Of a stretch of DNA of 64,000 bases, positions 12,863-26,781 are shown piece after piece (the stretch's first letter is position 1; every line of letters begins with the position of its first letter). The translations under genes were made by a program, and so were the position numbers. The notes beneath the pieces are model-generated. The model saw nothing but the letters and a program-made list of their open reading frames with translations, was not told the origin of the DNA and searched no databases. Source of the stretch: Squalus acanthias (lineage: Eukaryota). The stretch lies in contig CM059452.1 of the NCBI GenBank assembly GCA_030390025.1, positions 7,998,001 through 8,062,000 of the forward strand. Direction: 5' to 3'.

Positions 12863-13650
12863 AGAAACATAGAAAATAGGTACAGGAGTAGACCATTCGG
12901 TCCTTCGAGCCTGCACCGCCATTCAATGCGTTCATGGCTGAACATGCTACCTCAGTACCCCGTTCCTGCTTTCTCGCCATACCCCTTGATCCCCCTAGTT
13001 GTGAGTATTATATCTAACTCCCTTTTGAATATATTTAGCGAACTGGCCTCAACAAGCTTCTGTGGTAGAGAATTCCACAGATTCACCACTCTCTGGGTGA
13101 AGAAGTTCCTCCTCATCTCAGTCTTAAATGGCATCCCCGTTATCCTTAGACTGTGACCCCTGGTTTTAGTTTTCCCTAACATTGGAAACATTCTGCCCGC
13201 ATCTAATTTGTCTAAACCAGTCAGGATTTTAAACGTCTCTATAAGATCCCCCCTCATTCTTCTGAACTCCAGAGGATACAAGTTCAGTTGATCCAGTCTT
13301 TCTTGATATGTCAGTCTGGCCATCCCAGGAATCAATCTAGTGAACCTTCGTTGCACTCCCTCAATAGCAAGAATGTCCTTCCTCAAGTTAGGAGACCAAA
13401 ACTGCACACAATACTCCAGGTGTGGCCTCACCAAGGCCCTGTACAACTGTAGCATCACCTCACTACTCCTGTACTCAAATCCCCTTGCTATGAAGGCCAT
13501 CATGCCATTTGCTTTCTTGACTGCCTGCTGCACTTGCCTTCCCACCTTCAGTGACTGATGTACCATGACGCCCAGGTCTCGTTGCACCTCCCCTTTCCCT
13601 AATCTGCCACCATTCAGGTAATAGTCTGCCTCCCTATTTTTACCACCAAA
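12863..13650 (-). mobile_element. CR1 LINE 3' fragment
   Basis: ORF 12952-13587 QRDLGV..VRPHLEYCVQFW..RRMRGDLIE; tail at 12863. Confidence 0.92.
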
Positions 13651-13659
13651 AGATCTCGA

Positions 13660-13930
13660 TGTCTGCCCACCTATCTGTCTAATTGTCTATCCACCTGTCT
13701 CTCTACTTGTCTGTCTGTTTATGTGTGTATCTCTCACTGTCTCTCTCTCTCTCGCTCTCTGTCCTTTGTCTGCCTGTCGGCCTCCTTTTCTCTTTGCCCC
13801 CCTGCTGTCTGTCTGTCTCTCTCCCTCTCTGTCTGTCTTACCCTCTGTCCACCTGCCTGTATATCTATAACCGGCCATTTATCTGATGCTTTTTCTTTCT
13901 TTCTCTTTGTCACCCTGTGTACACACAAAA
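13660..13930. repeat. CT/CTGT low-complexity tract
   Basis: (ct)n and (ctgt)n runs. Confidence 0.8.
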
Positions 13931-14008
13931 AGATAGACAGATGTATTGTAAAAGAAAGAATTTGTTCTTCTCTCTGTATCCATGGGTAACCGGGAATGTT
14001 TTCTGCAG

Positions 14009-14303
14009 GACTGAGTTCTGGAGACTCCGTCGATCAATCGCCAACAGAAGCACAATATCCGGAAGGAACCTCGATGAGTATTAATTGCAACTATTCAACC
14101 TCCGAAGCGAACTACTACCTGGAGCTTTATAGTCAGAACCAGGACAAGGCACCCACTCTCGTAATTCGAAGACATTCCTATGGAAAGGACGAAGTTAACG
14201 GCCGTTTCTCTGTCATTCTGAACAAGTCGAAAACTGTCGCTGTTTTCACCTTGACTCAGCTGCAGCTCGCTGACAGCGCCGTGTACTACTGTGCACTGAG
14301 GCC
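14009..14303 (+). CDS. TCR V exon (W41->L), open; leader not found
   Basis: ctgcag acceptor; GDSVDQSP..INCNYS..YLELYSQ..AVYYCALRP; RSS cacactg 14304 + 23 + acagtaacc 14342; upstream is CR1 and low-complexity sequence. Confidence 0.8.
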
Positions 14304-14382
14304 CACACTGAGAAGGGCCTCGGGACCCCTCGTACAGTAACCGTGTTCTGTGAGATCAGCTCAAAGAAGCTGCTTTAAACCC

Positions 14383-14399
14383 GGCCACCAGGTGGCGCT
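14383..14399 (+). promoter_or_regulatory. CTCF-like motif beyond a V RSS
   Basis: ggccaccaggtggcgct, a near-consensus core ~40 nt past the nonamer. Confidence 0.75.
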
Positions 14400-14984
14400 G
14401 ACAGAGCGTGGACTCCCAACGCCGGTCACTTTCCATCAACCAATACTGACCGACAATTCCTCAAAATAAATTAACGTGAAAATTCTTTTTATTTCATATT
14501 TCTGCTCATTAATGTTATCCAATCAATTACAATTGAATAATTTCACAAGTTAGTTAAGTGTAAATGAGATGTGCACCTGGTTTTAACCCACTTCACTGAT
14601 GAAGATTTCCGTGACTATTGAATAACATAATAATTCTGCAATTCCTGTCGCGAGCCTGCTTGACCCGAATTTGTAATAAATGTGAAAGTAACGCAACTCT
14701 TATAGAGACAGAGTTGTAAAATTTCCGAAGGGGACATTGTTATTGAATTCAGTTCCTCACAGGTGGATCCCGTGTGACAACACTGCCCGCGGCAGCCCCG
14801 CCCACAGCTTCCGTTTGCTGCTCTCGCTCTGACCCGCCTTGCCTGCCCTGTGTTATTGGAGGGATTGCTGCCGCTGTTCCCTGTTTGGCATTGGTTGGAT
14901 CAGCAGTGCAGTGGGTTGCGGATCTGTATTCCTGCGCCGACAGAGGATTCCCCGGACTGCAGAGTTACAGACTCAGGGAGAATC

Positions 14985-15447
14985 ATGCGGAAACCTCTCG
15001 CAACGCTCCTCGTCATTATATCACTTCTCAGTAAGTATTTCCTTCCCAGTGAAATTCCATTCTCCTCCTGACCGCTGTAAATCAAATGTGAATGTGGTAA
15101 AATGCTGTTGATGATGATGACTATTACTATTATTTTATGTTAGAATGGAGCCACCAAGACACAGTGGAACAACCTGTCCCTGAAATGACGGTTGAAGAGG
15201 AAAGTAATGTCACACTAACCTGCACCTTGAAAACAGGCTATGCTAACCCTTCTGTGTTCTGGTACAGTCACCACCCCGGGCAACCTCCACTGTACGTGGT
15301 TTATCACTATGTAGGGATAGTGAACCTGGGCCCCGGCTTCACTGACAGATTCTCTTCTACATTCAATCAAACAACCAAGATTACCGAACTAACGATCAGC
15401 AATGCCTTGATCTCAGACACCGCCGTGTATTTCTGTGCCATGAGCCA
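14985..15447 (+). CDS. TCR alpha/delta V segment (leader 14985-15030, V exon 15144-15447)
   Basis: Leader MRKPLATLLVIISLL|gtaagt; V with LTC, FWYSH and YFCAMS; RSS cacactg 15448 + 24 + acaaaaacc 15487; CTCF-like motif at 15510-15526. Confidence 0.9.
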
Positions 15448-15599
15448 CACACTGCTGCAGAGATATAGCGGATCCCGTACAAAAACCCACACTGAGAGTT
15501 ACAGTTAGTGCTCACCAGAGGGCGCTCTCATACCGATAAACAGAAGCGACAATTCACCCTCCACAATGAGAGAAGCAGAGACGTTCTTAAAAGGTCGAC

Positions 15600-16970
15600 A
15601 AAACACAACACTCAACAAGATTGCAGCCTCATTACAGCCTCGGTCCAAACATGGACAAAAGAGCTGAATTCCAGAGGTGAGGTGACATCAAGGCAGCATT
15701 TGACCGAATGTGGCATCAAGGAGCCCCAGTAAATTTGGAGTCAATGGGAATCGGTGGGGGGGTGGGGGGGGGGGGGGAATTCTCCACTGCCTGGAGTCAT
15801 ACCTGGCACAAAGGAAGATGTTTGTGGCTGTTGGAGGTCAATCATCTCAGCCCCAGGACATCGCTGCAGGAGTTCCTCAGGACAGTGTCCTCGGCCCAAC
15901 CATCTTCAGCTGCTTCATCAATGACCTTCTCTCCATCATAAGGTCAGAAGTGGGGATGTTCTCTGATGATTGCACACTGTTCAGTACCATTTGCAACTCC
16001 TCAGATAATGAAACAGTCCATGCCTGCAAGCGGCAAGACCTGGACGACATTTAGGCTTGGGCTGATAAGTGACAGGTAACATTCGCACCACACAAGTACC
16101 GGGAAATGATTATCTCCAACAAGCGAGAGTCTAACCCCCTCCGCTTGACATTTAACGGCATTGCCATCGCCGCATCCCCCACCATGAACATCCTGGGGGG
16201 TTCACCAATGACCAGAAACTTAACTGGACCAGCAACATAAATACAACAAGAGCGGGTCAGCGGCTCGGTATTCAGCGGGGAGGTATTCTCCTGTCTCCCC
16301 AAAGCTTTTCCACCACCTACAAGCACAAGTCAGGAGTGTGATGGGATACTCTCTACTTGCCTGGATGAGTGCAACTCCAACAACACTCAAGAAGCTCGAC
16401 ACCATCCAGGAAAAAGCAGCTCGTTTGATTGGCACCCCATCCACCACGTTAAACATTCACTCCCTCCACCACCGGCGTACCGTGGCTGCAGTGTGTACCC
16501 TCTACAAGATGCACTGTGCCAACTCACCAAGGCTTCTAATGCAGCACTTCTCAAATCCGCGACCTCTACCACATTGCATCGGTTCAATAAGGCGGCTCAC
16601 CACCACCTTCTCAATGGCAATTGGGGATGGGCAAGAAATGCTGTCCTTTCCAGAGACGCCCAGATCCCATAAGCATATTTAAAAAGTAGAACGACAAGGG
16701 CAGCAGCCTTATGGGAATACCATCACCTGCAAGTTCCCCTGCAAGTTAGGCACCATCCTGACTTGGAAATATATCGCCGATCCCTCAACGTCGCTGGGTC
16801 AAAATCATCGAACTCCCTCCCTAACAGCACTGTGGGAGTACCTTCACCACACGGACTGCAGCGGTTCAAGAAGGTGGCTTACCATCACCTTCTCAAGGGC
16901 AACTAGGGATGGGCAATAAATGCTGGCCTTGTCAGCGAAGCTCACATCCCGGAACGAATAATAAAAAAGA
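15600..16970 (+). mobile_element. Degenerate CR1/L2-group LINE 3' portion
   Basis: AGVPQDSVLGPTIFSCFINDL..FSDDC RT motifs; LDTIQEKAARLIG; A-rich end. Confidence 0.85.
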
Positions 16971-17596
16971 TCCAATTCAGGAATTATATTAGTTTGTGCT
17001 TTCATCTCACATTTATAACAAAACTTAACTCCCCTTTACTCTTTCGACCCCTTTCCGTGCCTGCCTGCAATATTGTGCAGCCCTTTACACCTCTCCCCTG
17101 TCAGTTTCCCGGACCCTTTGTTCGCGGTCTGCACACTGGGTTTATTTGATCAGAGTATGTTTCTGGGTCACAGACTGTTTATACACAATGAACAGATTTC
17201 ACAAGGTAGTGATTTTACTCTTTAAAACAGGCTACAAGCACAGAGTTCCCCCAATGTCCATTGTCCTTCAGAATGTCTCTTTAATTCTGGAATGTTTTCT
17301 GTCACCATCAACAATCGCTGAGCTTCCGGGTTACAATAACCAGACATGGGTTTCATTCCCACCCACGGTCTCTAAAAGCGGAACCATTCCCCTCTAAGGA
17401 CACTGACTGTAGCCCAGCTCGGGGTGTTTCCATTCACTGGCAGCCAGCTCACCACCTACCGGTCTCACAGCACCACTGGGGACACCAGGAAGTGAGGTGA
17501 GAGCATCCTGAGGCACGACAGCAGATTATTGAGGGCGGGTATTACAAGGGGTTTCTTCAAATATCCAACCCCCTTTTTACAGAGCGGACAGCGACA

Positions 17597-17642
17597 ATGC
17601 GGCTACTCAGCATCTGAATTGTTTTGGGGGCATTTCTAACAG
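17597..17642 (+). pseudogene. Orphan V leader exon with a stop (MRLLSI*IVLGAFLT|gtaat)
   Basis: Similar to the leader at 253; followed by an L2 fragment and no V exon; a paralog at 40100-40145 also has a stop. Confidence 0.6.
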
Positions 17643-17689
17643 GTAATCGAGGAACAAACACATTTCATCTTTTCTTTAATCTCCAAAAA

Positions 17690-18035
17690 CTGAATTGGAG
17701 GCGCACAGAGATCTCGGAGGGTTGTGGGGCTGGAGGCAGTTACAGAAATAGGGAGGGGCGAGGCCATGGAGTGGGATTTGTATACACGGATGAGAATATT
17801 GAAATCGATGCGTTGCCTTACCGGGAGCCAATAAAGGTCAGCGAGCACAGGCGTGATGGACGAACGGGACTTGGAGCGACTTACGATACGGGCAGGAGAG
17901 TTTTGAATGAGCTCAAGTTTACGGATGGTGTAAGGTGGGAGGCCGGCCAGTCGAGCATTGGAATAGTCGAGTCCAGTGGTAACAAAGGCACGGATGATGG
18001 TTTCAGCGGAAGGTGAGCTGCGGTAGGGGCGGAGT
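17690..18035 (-). mobile_element. L2-type LINE fragment
   Basis: LADLYWLPVRQRIDFNILI motif; paralog at ~40190-40530. Confidence 0.65.
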
Positions 18036-18218
18036 TAAAATGCTACCCATTTAAAGCATTCGGTCCATTTTACCAGGAATAGATTTGCACGAGATACTTC
18101 CTCACCTTCTGTTATACCTTCCAGTCGAACAGTTTCTTACTTTACTCAGTATAACAGATTGCAACAGGAAATAGAACTGCTGTTCCAAGGGGTTGTTTGT
18201 GAAGATATGATAGAGCCC

Positions 18219-18475
18219 ATGTCGTACCGTCACCTCGTTATATTGTGCCTGCTGTTCGGTAAGTATGACCATGCATTGTGTCTGTGCACCAATATGATGC
18301 TAATAGATTTTCTATCTCAGTATTGTATCCAACCCTCAGTTAACTTTTATTTCAGGGGAGATTCAGGCAGAATCGCTGTCACAACCTCAGACCACGCTCT
18401 ATGTGACTGAAGGAGATGTTGTGAAAATAGACTGTAGCTACACAACAAGCCACAGTGACCCCGATCTGTACTGGT
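18219..18475 (+). pseudogene. 3'-truncated TCR V (leader 18219-18258, exon 18356-~18475)
   Basis: MSYRHLVILCLLF|gtaagt; EIQAESLSQPQ..KIDCSYTTSHSDPDLYW, then unrelated sequence. Confidence 0.8.
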
Positions 18476-19429
18476 GCTGTGACGTGCGGAAAAGATTGTG
18501 GCGTCATCCACTGCAGGGCAAACCGGCGGCCACCTCTGTGTGACGTACAGTTGACCATGTTTGTGTGACGTAATACGTTGCGCAAGTCTGCCGTTTATTT
18601 ACATAAAACACCTCGATTAAAAGGAAAAGTGACTTCAGTTTGCAGCATAAACCGCCCCATCTTAATCCACAAAAGTGAAAGTTTGGCGCGAGAGAGACTT
18701 ATAAAGTTGTCGTTAAAACGGTTGGTAACGTGCGCATGTGCGAAAAGTTCTCTCAGTGTGACAGATGCGGGCTTCTCCCTGCCTTTGTGAATTCTGGGAG
18801 CCGCAGCCCTCCATGGCCGAGTCATTAAGCGAGTGAATTCGGCAAAAGATACACTTCTATGGTGAGAAAAACAATTCCTTACACAGAAGGCGGAGAAAAT
18901 GTGGAATAATTGCATGAATTATTTTAGTAGAGAAATTGGATAGGAGTCTCAAAAGAGGAACATTAAATGACGTGAGGAGCGAGAGGAAAGTGCAGACATG
19001 ATGGGCTTAATCACTTGAGGAACTCACCGAGCCCGGAGTCAGCGGGAGACAGGGAACAGGACAGAGAGACGGGTATGTGATTAGAGCGGATCGCGGCCCC
19101 CGGTTAGAGTGGTGAGGTGGTGGGGGTGTTGAGGGAGACGGATTGAGGCAGACACAGAGGTTAAACACCATCTCCACCCACTCCCAAACTTCCTTCCACA
19201 CCCTTCAGAAGGGTCGTTATTACATCCCCCGTTTAACCAGATGTGCTATTCCATCACATGCCTGAACTCCAGAAGTTTAGATGAAAAGCAGCGCAGCACC
19301 AGAAAGAAAATGCCGGAAGAAACTCGGGTCAGATCAGAAAATTCTGGATATGTTCCCAGGGCAGGGAGGCTCCGAAATAATCCGATGAGACGGCGAATGA
19401 CGTCTGAGAGACAGGGAGGTTAAGTGAGT

Positions 19430-22400
19430 TATGGCCTGGTGTAATATAAGCAGAGACATTATCCAGTGCAATAATAACTGAGACAAGGCCCAGTGTAATA
19501 TAAACAGAGATATGGTCTAGTGCAGTAATAAATGAGACAGTGTCTAGAGTAATACAAGCAGAGACAAGGCTCAGTGTAATATAAACTGAGGCATGGTCTG
19601 GTATAATCTAAACAGAGACAGGGCCCAGTGTAATATAAACAGACCCAGGGTATCGTGTAATATAAACAGGGACATGGTCTAGTCCAGAAATAACTGAGAC
19701 AGTGTCTAGTGTAATATAAAAAGAGACAGGGCTGAGTGTAATATAAACTGAGGCATGGTCTGGTGTAATATAAACGGAGATAGTGTATAGTCTAATATAA
19801 ACAGAGACAGGGTCGAGTGTAATATAAACAGAGACATGGTCTGGTGCAATATAAACAGAGACTGGGTCTAGTGTAATATAAACAGAGACAGGGTCTAGTG
19901 AAATATAAACAGAGAAAGGGTCTAGTGTAATATAAACAGAGACAGGGTCTGGTGTAATTTAAACAGAAACAGGGTCTAGTGTATTATTAATAGAGACAGG
20001 GTCTAGTGCAATAAAAACAGAGACAGGGTCTGGTGTAATTTAAACAGAGACTGGGTCTAGTGTAATATAAACAGAGACAGGATCTAGTGTAATATAAACA
20101 GAGACAGCATCGAGTGTAATATAAATTGAGACAGGGTCTAGTGTAATATAAACAGAGACAGGGTCTAGTGTAATATAAACAGAGACGGGGTCTAGTGTAA
20201 TATAAACCGAGTCGGGGACTAGTGTAATATAAAAAGAGACATGGCCTAGTGTAATATAGACAGAGACAGGGTCTAGTGTAATGTAAAAAGAGACATGGTC
20301 TAGTGTAATATAAACAGAGACAGGATCTAGTGGAATATAAACAGAGACAGGGCCGAGTGTAACATAAACAGAGATAGAGACTAGTGCATTAATAACAGAA
20401 ACAATGTCTAGTGCAGTAATAACTGAGACAGGGTCCAGTGTAATATAAACAGAGACCGGGTCCAGTGTAACATAAACAGAGTCAGGGTCTAGTGTAATTT
20501 AAAAAGATAAAAATGGTCTAGTGCAGTAATAACAGAGTCACGGTCTAGTGTAATATAAACAGAGAAGCGGACTAGAGCAGTAATAACTCAGACAGGGTCG
20601 AGTGTAATATAAACAGAGACAGGGTCTAGCGCAATATAAACAGAGAGAGGGCCTAGTGTAATATAAACTGAGACAGGGTCCAGTGTAATAGAAACAGAGA
20701 CAGGATCTAGTGTAATATAAACAGAGACGGGGTCTGGTGTAATATAAACAGAGACATGGTCTAGTGTAATATAAACAGAGACATGGTCTATTGTAATATA
20801 AACAGAGACAGGGTCTAGTCTAATATAAACAGAGAAAGGGTCTAGTGTAATATAAACAGAGACAGGGTCTAGTGTAATATAAACAGCGACATGGTCTAGT
20901 GTAATATAAACTGAGACAGGGTCTCGTGTAATATAGACAGAGACATTATGTAGAGCAGTAACAACTGAGACAGGGTCTAGTGTAATATCAACAGAGACAG
21001 GGTCGAGTGTAATATAGAAAGGGGCAGGTCCTAGTGTAATATAAACAGAGTCAGGGTCCAGTGCAGTAATAACTGAGACAGGGCCTAGTGTCATTTAAAC
21101 GGAGACATTATTTAGTACAGTTATAACTGAGACAGGGCCGAGTGTATTATAAGTGGTCATGCCCTGGTGCATTAATTATTGGGACAGGGCCTAGTGTAAC
21201 ACAAACCGAGGGAGGGCCTAGTGCAATAATAATTGAGATCGGCGCCAAGTGTAATATAAACAGAGACAGGGCCTAGTGCAGTAATAACTTTCGCCGTGCT
21301 TAGCATAATATAAAAAATGACAGAGTCTAGTGCAGTAATAACTGAGTCAGTGTCTAGTATAATACAAATATAGATATGGTGTAGTGGAGTAATAAATGTG
21401 ACAGGATGTAGTGTAATATAAACAGAGACAGCGACTACTGCAGTAATAACTGAGATGGGGCCTATTGTAATATAAAAAGAGACATGGTCTGGTGCAGTAA
21501 TAACTAAGACAGTGCCGAACGTAATATAAAAAGGCAGGTCCTAGTGTAATATAAGCAGAGACAGGGCCTAGTGTAATATAAACAGCGAAAGGGTCTAGTG
21601 CAATATAAATAGAGACAGGGTCTAGTGTAGTAATTACTGTGACAGGGTTTAGTGTAATATAAACAGAGACAGAGTCTAGCATTATATAAAAAGGTCAGGG
21701 TCTGGTGCAGTAATGACAGTGGCAGGGCCTAGTGTAAAATAAACAGAGACAGGGCCTAGTGTAATATAAACAGAGACACGGTTTAGTGCAATATAAACAG
21801 AGACAGGGCCTAGGGTAAAATAAACAGAGACAGGGCCTAGTGTAATATAAAAAGAGACAGGACCTAGTGTGATATAAACAGAGACGGGGTCTGGTGTAAT
21901 ATAAACAGAGACATGGTCTAGTGTAATACAAACAGAGACAGGGTCTAGTGTAATATATACAGAGACACAGTCTAGTGTAATATAAACAGAGACAGGGCCT
22001 AGTGTAATATAAACAGAGACAGGGCCTAGTGTAAAATAAACAGAGACAGGGCCTAGTGTAATATAAATAGATACACGGTCTAGTGTAGCAATAACTGAGA
22101 CAGGATTTAGTGCATTATAAACTGAGACAGGGTCTAATGTAATATAAACAGAGACAGTGTCTGGTGTAATTTAAACAGAAACAGGGTCGAGTGTAATATA
22201 AACAGAGACATGGCCTAGTATAAAATAATCAGAGACAATGCCGAGTGTAATATAAACAGAGACAGGGCCGAGTGCAAAATAAACAGAGACAGGGCCCACT
22301 GTAATATAAACAGAGATGTGGTCTAGTGTAATATAATCAGAGACAGGTTCGAGTGTATTATAAATAGAGACAGGGTCTAGTGTAGTAATAACTGAGACAG

Positions 22401-23862
22401 GATTTAGTATTATATAAAAAGGAGAGGGTCTAGTGCAGTATTGACAGTGACAGCACCTAGTGTAATATAAACAGAGACAGGGTCTAGTGTAACATAAAGA
22501 GAGACAGGGTCTAGTGTAATATAACCAGTGACAGGGTCTGGTATAATATAAACAGTGACACGGTCTTGTGCAGTAATAACAGAGACAGAATCTAATGTAA
22601 TATAAACAGAGTCAGGGTCCAGTGCAGCAATAAATGAGACATGGTCTCGTGTTATATACACGGAGACAGTGCCTAGTGGAGCTATAACTGAGATGTGGCC
22701 TAGTGTAATATAAAGGGACATGCCCTGGTGCATTAATATTTGAGACAGGGCCTAGTGTAACACAAATGGAGACAGGGTCTAGTGCAATAATAACTGAGAC
22801 CGGGGCCTAGTGTAATATAAACAGAGACTGGGTCCATTGCAGTAATATATGAGACAGGATCTAGTGTAACATAAACAGAGACTGGATCTTGTAGTAATAA
22901 CTGAGACAGGGCCATTGTAATATAAACAGAGACATGGTCTAGTGCAGTAATAACTGTGACAGGGCCTAGTGTATTATAAACTGAGACAGGGTCTAATGTA
23001 ATATAAACAGAGACATGGTCTAGTGTAATATAAAGAGAGAAAGGGTCTAGTGTAATATAAAGAGAGACAGTGTCATGTGTAATTTAAACAGAAACAGGGT
23101 CTAGTGTAATATAAACAGAGAAATGGTCTAGTGTAATATAAACAGAGAAATGGTCTAGTGTAATATAAACAGAGACAGGGCCTAGTGTAATATAAACAGA
23201 GACAGGGTCTAGTGTAATATAAACAGAGACAGGGCCTAGTGTAATATAAACAGAGACAGGGTCTAGTGTAATATAAATAGAGACAGGGTCTAGTGTAGTA
23301 ATAACTGAGACAGGGTTTAGTATTATATAAAAGAGATAGGGTATACTGCAGTAATGACAATGAGAGGGCCTAGTGCAATATAAACAGAGACAGGGTCTAT
23401 TGTAATATAAACAGAGACAGGGTCTAGTGTAATATAAACAGAGACAGGGTCTGGTGTAATATAAACAGAGACTGGGTCTAGTGTAATATAAACAGAGACA
23501 GGGTCTAGCGTAATATAAACAGAGACAGGATCTAGTGTAATGTAAACAGAGACAGGGTCCAGTGTAATATAAACAGAGACAGGGTCTAGTGTAATATAAA
23601 CAGAGACATGGTCTAGTGCAGTAATAACTGAGACAGGGCCTAGTTTATTATAAACTGAGACAGGGTCTAATGTAATATAAACAGAGACATGGTCTAGTGT
23701 AATATAAACAGAGAAAGGGTCTAGTGTAATATAAAGAGAGACAGTGTCTGGTGTAATTTAAACAGAAACAGGGTCTAGTGTAATATAAACAGAGACATGG
23801 TCTCGTGTAATATAAACAGAGACATGGACTAGTGCAGTAATAACCGAGAGAGGGCCCAGTGT
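19430..23862. repeat. 27-bp minisatellite/satellite array (~4.4 kb)
   Basis: Unit agtgtaatataaacagagacagggtct; 9-aa periodicity in the spurious ORFs. Confidence 0.97.
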
Positions 23863-24054
23863 ATGATCTACGCAACAGTTTGTTTATGACACACTGAGGA
23901 AACATTTTGGATGGAAGAATTGTGATCCTCCCTCATCGGACCTTACAGTGACTTTAGGCCATGAAATACAGTGATACCGAGAGTTCGCTGTCAGACTGCC
24001 GTGCCGTAACACCTGCTGTTTATGTGTGGCTGATGCCCTAAATACACCGCTGTG

Positions 24055-24160
24055 TGCGGTGTTAAGACACAGAAGTATTTCCTGGAATCCCCAGCTGTCA
24101 CATGTGAAACCGTTAAACTGACGGCTCTGTTCGTGTTGGCCAAAGATGAGATCCTCTGGC
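24055..24160 (-). pseudogene. 5'-truncated V fragment (FR3 only) with RSS
   Basis: RISSLANTNRAVSLTVSHVTAGDSRKYFCVLTP; cacagcg + 22 + acataaaca (24054-24017). Confidence 0.7.
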
Positions 24161-24629
24161 GCCATCCAGTGGCGAAAGGCGGTAATTGGATTCCTGTCTG
24201 TGAAACATTGTTTCTCAATTTATTAATGAATACTGCTATGTGATAATACAGTATTATTTTTATGCCAGTTTATTATTGTGAATATTTTGTTATTATTAAT
24301 GTAATTGCTGCCATTTTATTGCTTTGCTTTTAATATCGTTGCTATTTGATATTAATGCTGAGATTTCATGTCTCAGTTTTCTGGTTTGCCAAGTCACTAT
24401 CACAATACCTGTTCATTTGCATAAACTAGATGAACTTCACGTTAATAATTCCACTTTTGGAAATTTTAGATTGTTAATTGCGTAAAAATGGAGATCAATC
24501 ATTATTCAGTAACTCCATGAATCAAAGATGATTCATAATTTGCTGCTGAGGATTAAACTGAAAACTGAATGTTGAATCAAAACTATATATATTCCTCGTG
24601 AAGGTATTTTTTTTTAGCAATATTGCGCA

Positions 24630-25730
24630 TCAAACACTCCTTGTCAGGAACAACATAGGTTAGATACAGAGTAAAGGTCCCTCTACACTGTCCCATCACA
24701 CACTCCCAGGGCAGGTACAGCACGGGTTAGATACAGAGTAAAGCCATCTCTACACTGTCCCTTCAAATACTCCCAAGGCAGGTACAGCACGGGTTAGATA
24801 CAGAGTAAAGCTCCCTCTACACTGTCCCATCAAACACTCCCAGGGCAGGTGCAGCACGGGTTAGATACAGAGTAAAGCTCCCTCTACACTGTCCCATCAA
24901 ACACTCCCAGGGCAGGTACACCACGGGTTACATACAGAGTAAAGCTCCCTCTACACTCTCCCATCATACACTGTTTGTTCAGGTACAGCTAGGGTTAGAT
25001 ACAAAGTAAAACTCTCTCTAAACTGTCCCATCAAACACTCCCAAGACAGGTACAGCACGGGTAAGGTACAGAGTAAAGCTCTCTCTACACTGTCCCCATC
25101 AAACACTCCCAGGGCAGGTACAGCTCGGGTTAGATACAGAGTAAAGCTCTCTCTACACTGTCCCCATCAAACACTCCCAGGGCAGATACAGCACGAGTTA
25201 GATACAGTGTAACGCTCCCTCTACACTGTCCCATGAAACACTCCCAGGACAAGTACAGCACGGTTTAGATACAGAGTAAAGCTCCCTCCACACTGTCCCA
25301 TCTAACACTCTCAGGGCAGGTACAGCACGGGTGAGATACAGAGTAAAGCTCCCTCTACACTGTCCCATCAAACATTCCCAGGGCAGGTACAGCTCGGGTT
25401 ATATATGGAGTAAAGCTCCCCCTACACTGTCCCATCAAACACTCCCAGGGCAGGTAGAGCACGGGTTAGATACAGAGTAAAGCTCCCTCTACATTGTCCC
25501 ATCAAACACTCCCAGGACAGGTACAGCGCGGGTTAGATACAGAGTAAAGCTCCCTCTACACTGTCCCATCAAACACTCCCAGGGCAGGTACAACACGGGT
25601 GAGATACAGAGTAAAGCTCCCTCTATAGAGCCCCATCAAACACTGCCAGGGCAGCTACAGCATGGGTCAGATACAGAGTAATGTTCTCTCTACACTGTCC
25701 CATCAAACATTCCCAGGGGAGTTACAGTGC
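24630..25730 (+). repeat. 67-bp satellite array
   Basis: Unit acagagtaaagctccctctacactgtcccatcaaacactcccagggcaggtacagcacgggttagat. Confidence 0.95.
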
Positions 25731-25996
25731 GGGAGATATAATCGAGAAGTTCCAGCAGGATCAGGACCGATTATGGTGAAACTGTGAAAAAAATTAACTT
25801 GTATTTCCAAATAAACAATAAATCTTATTTTTATTCTATTAAATGGCTCTGATGATGCATTTTAGTCTTTTTAATTACCTTGTTACTGATTCTACTTTTA
25901 TCGCACTCGCTTCTGAAACCGGTGGGCATGGAGTCTCCTCGCTCCCCAGGATGAGTGAGTTCTTGTCCAGGCTCCTCACCTCTTTGTTTCACCGTG

Positions 25997-26277
25997 TCTC
26001 ACCGCACTGTAATACAGCGCGGCCTCTGACAGGCGAGCCGTGTTAACGGTGAGAGTGATGGAGCCTTTCTCACGGTCCACAGAAACTTTAAACCTGCCCT
26101 CAAATCTTTCTTCTCTGAATGTGGAGCTGAGATACTCGGGAGCCTGATTGGAGAACTGCCGGTACCAGAATACGAAATAATTTGAAGCGAAAGTAGCTTT
26201 GTGATGAAGCGAAATGGTTTGTCCTTCGGTTCCACGATTAACCGATATTTGGAATGCCTCTGAGTGACAAGGAGCAG
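25997..26277 (-). pseudogene. TCR V exon, open but lacking both canonical Cys
   Basis: EGQTISLHH (C23->H)..FWYRQ..LYYSAVR (C104->S); RSS cacggtg + 23 + acaagaact; the leader probably falls in the assembly gap. Confidence 0.8.
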
Positions 26278-26345
26278 CTGCCAAACCAAGAACAAGAATT
26301 AACATAATGATACATGCAAGGACAATGTAACAAAGTGTGTGGTTA

Positions 26346-26494
26346 NNNNNNNNNNNNNNNNNNNNNNNNNNNNNNNNNNNNNNNNNNNNNNNNNNNNNNN
26401 NNNNNNNNNNNNNNNNNNNNNNNNNNNNNNNNNNNNNNNNNNNNNNNNNNNNNNNNNNNNNNNNNNNNNNNNNNNNNNNNNNNNNNNNNNNNNN
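26346..26494. other. Assembly gap (149 N)
   Basis: Run of n. Confidence 1.
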
Positions 26495-26781
26495 TCTATC
26501 TATCGAGGCAGAGATCTTTGTCTGTCCATCTATTTACTCTGTATGTTGTACAACCAAACATAGAAAATCTTCGTTAATATGTTTCGATTCACTGTCTCTG
26601 TAGTTATCGCCATAAGATGTTGTAACTTTATCCAGATGGAAGTTTGAACACGGGAAACTAACATTTCTTACTGTCACCGGCATTTCTAAAGTACTTGATT
26701 TGAGGAAAGGTTAAGGGTGCAGCGGAGACTCGGCAGCGAACAGGATATTGTGTAGCTGGAGCCGCTCTTTGCCTCACTGTG

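Noticed and set aside
19430-23862. Many repetitive ORFs; CRISPR-like appearance
   Set aside because: Head-to-tail 27-bp satellite with no unique spacers or cas genes, in a vertebrate locus
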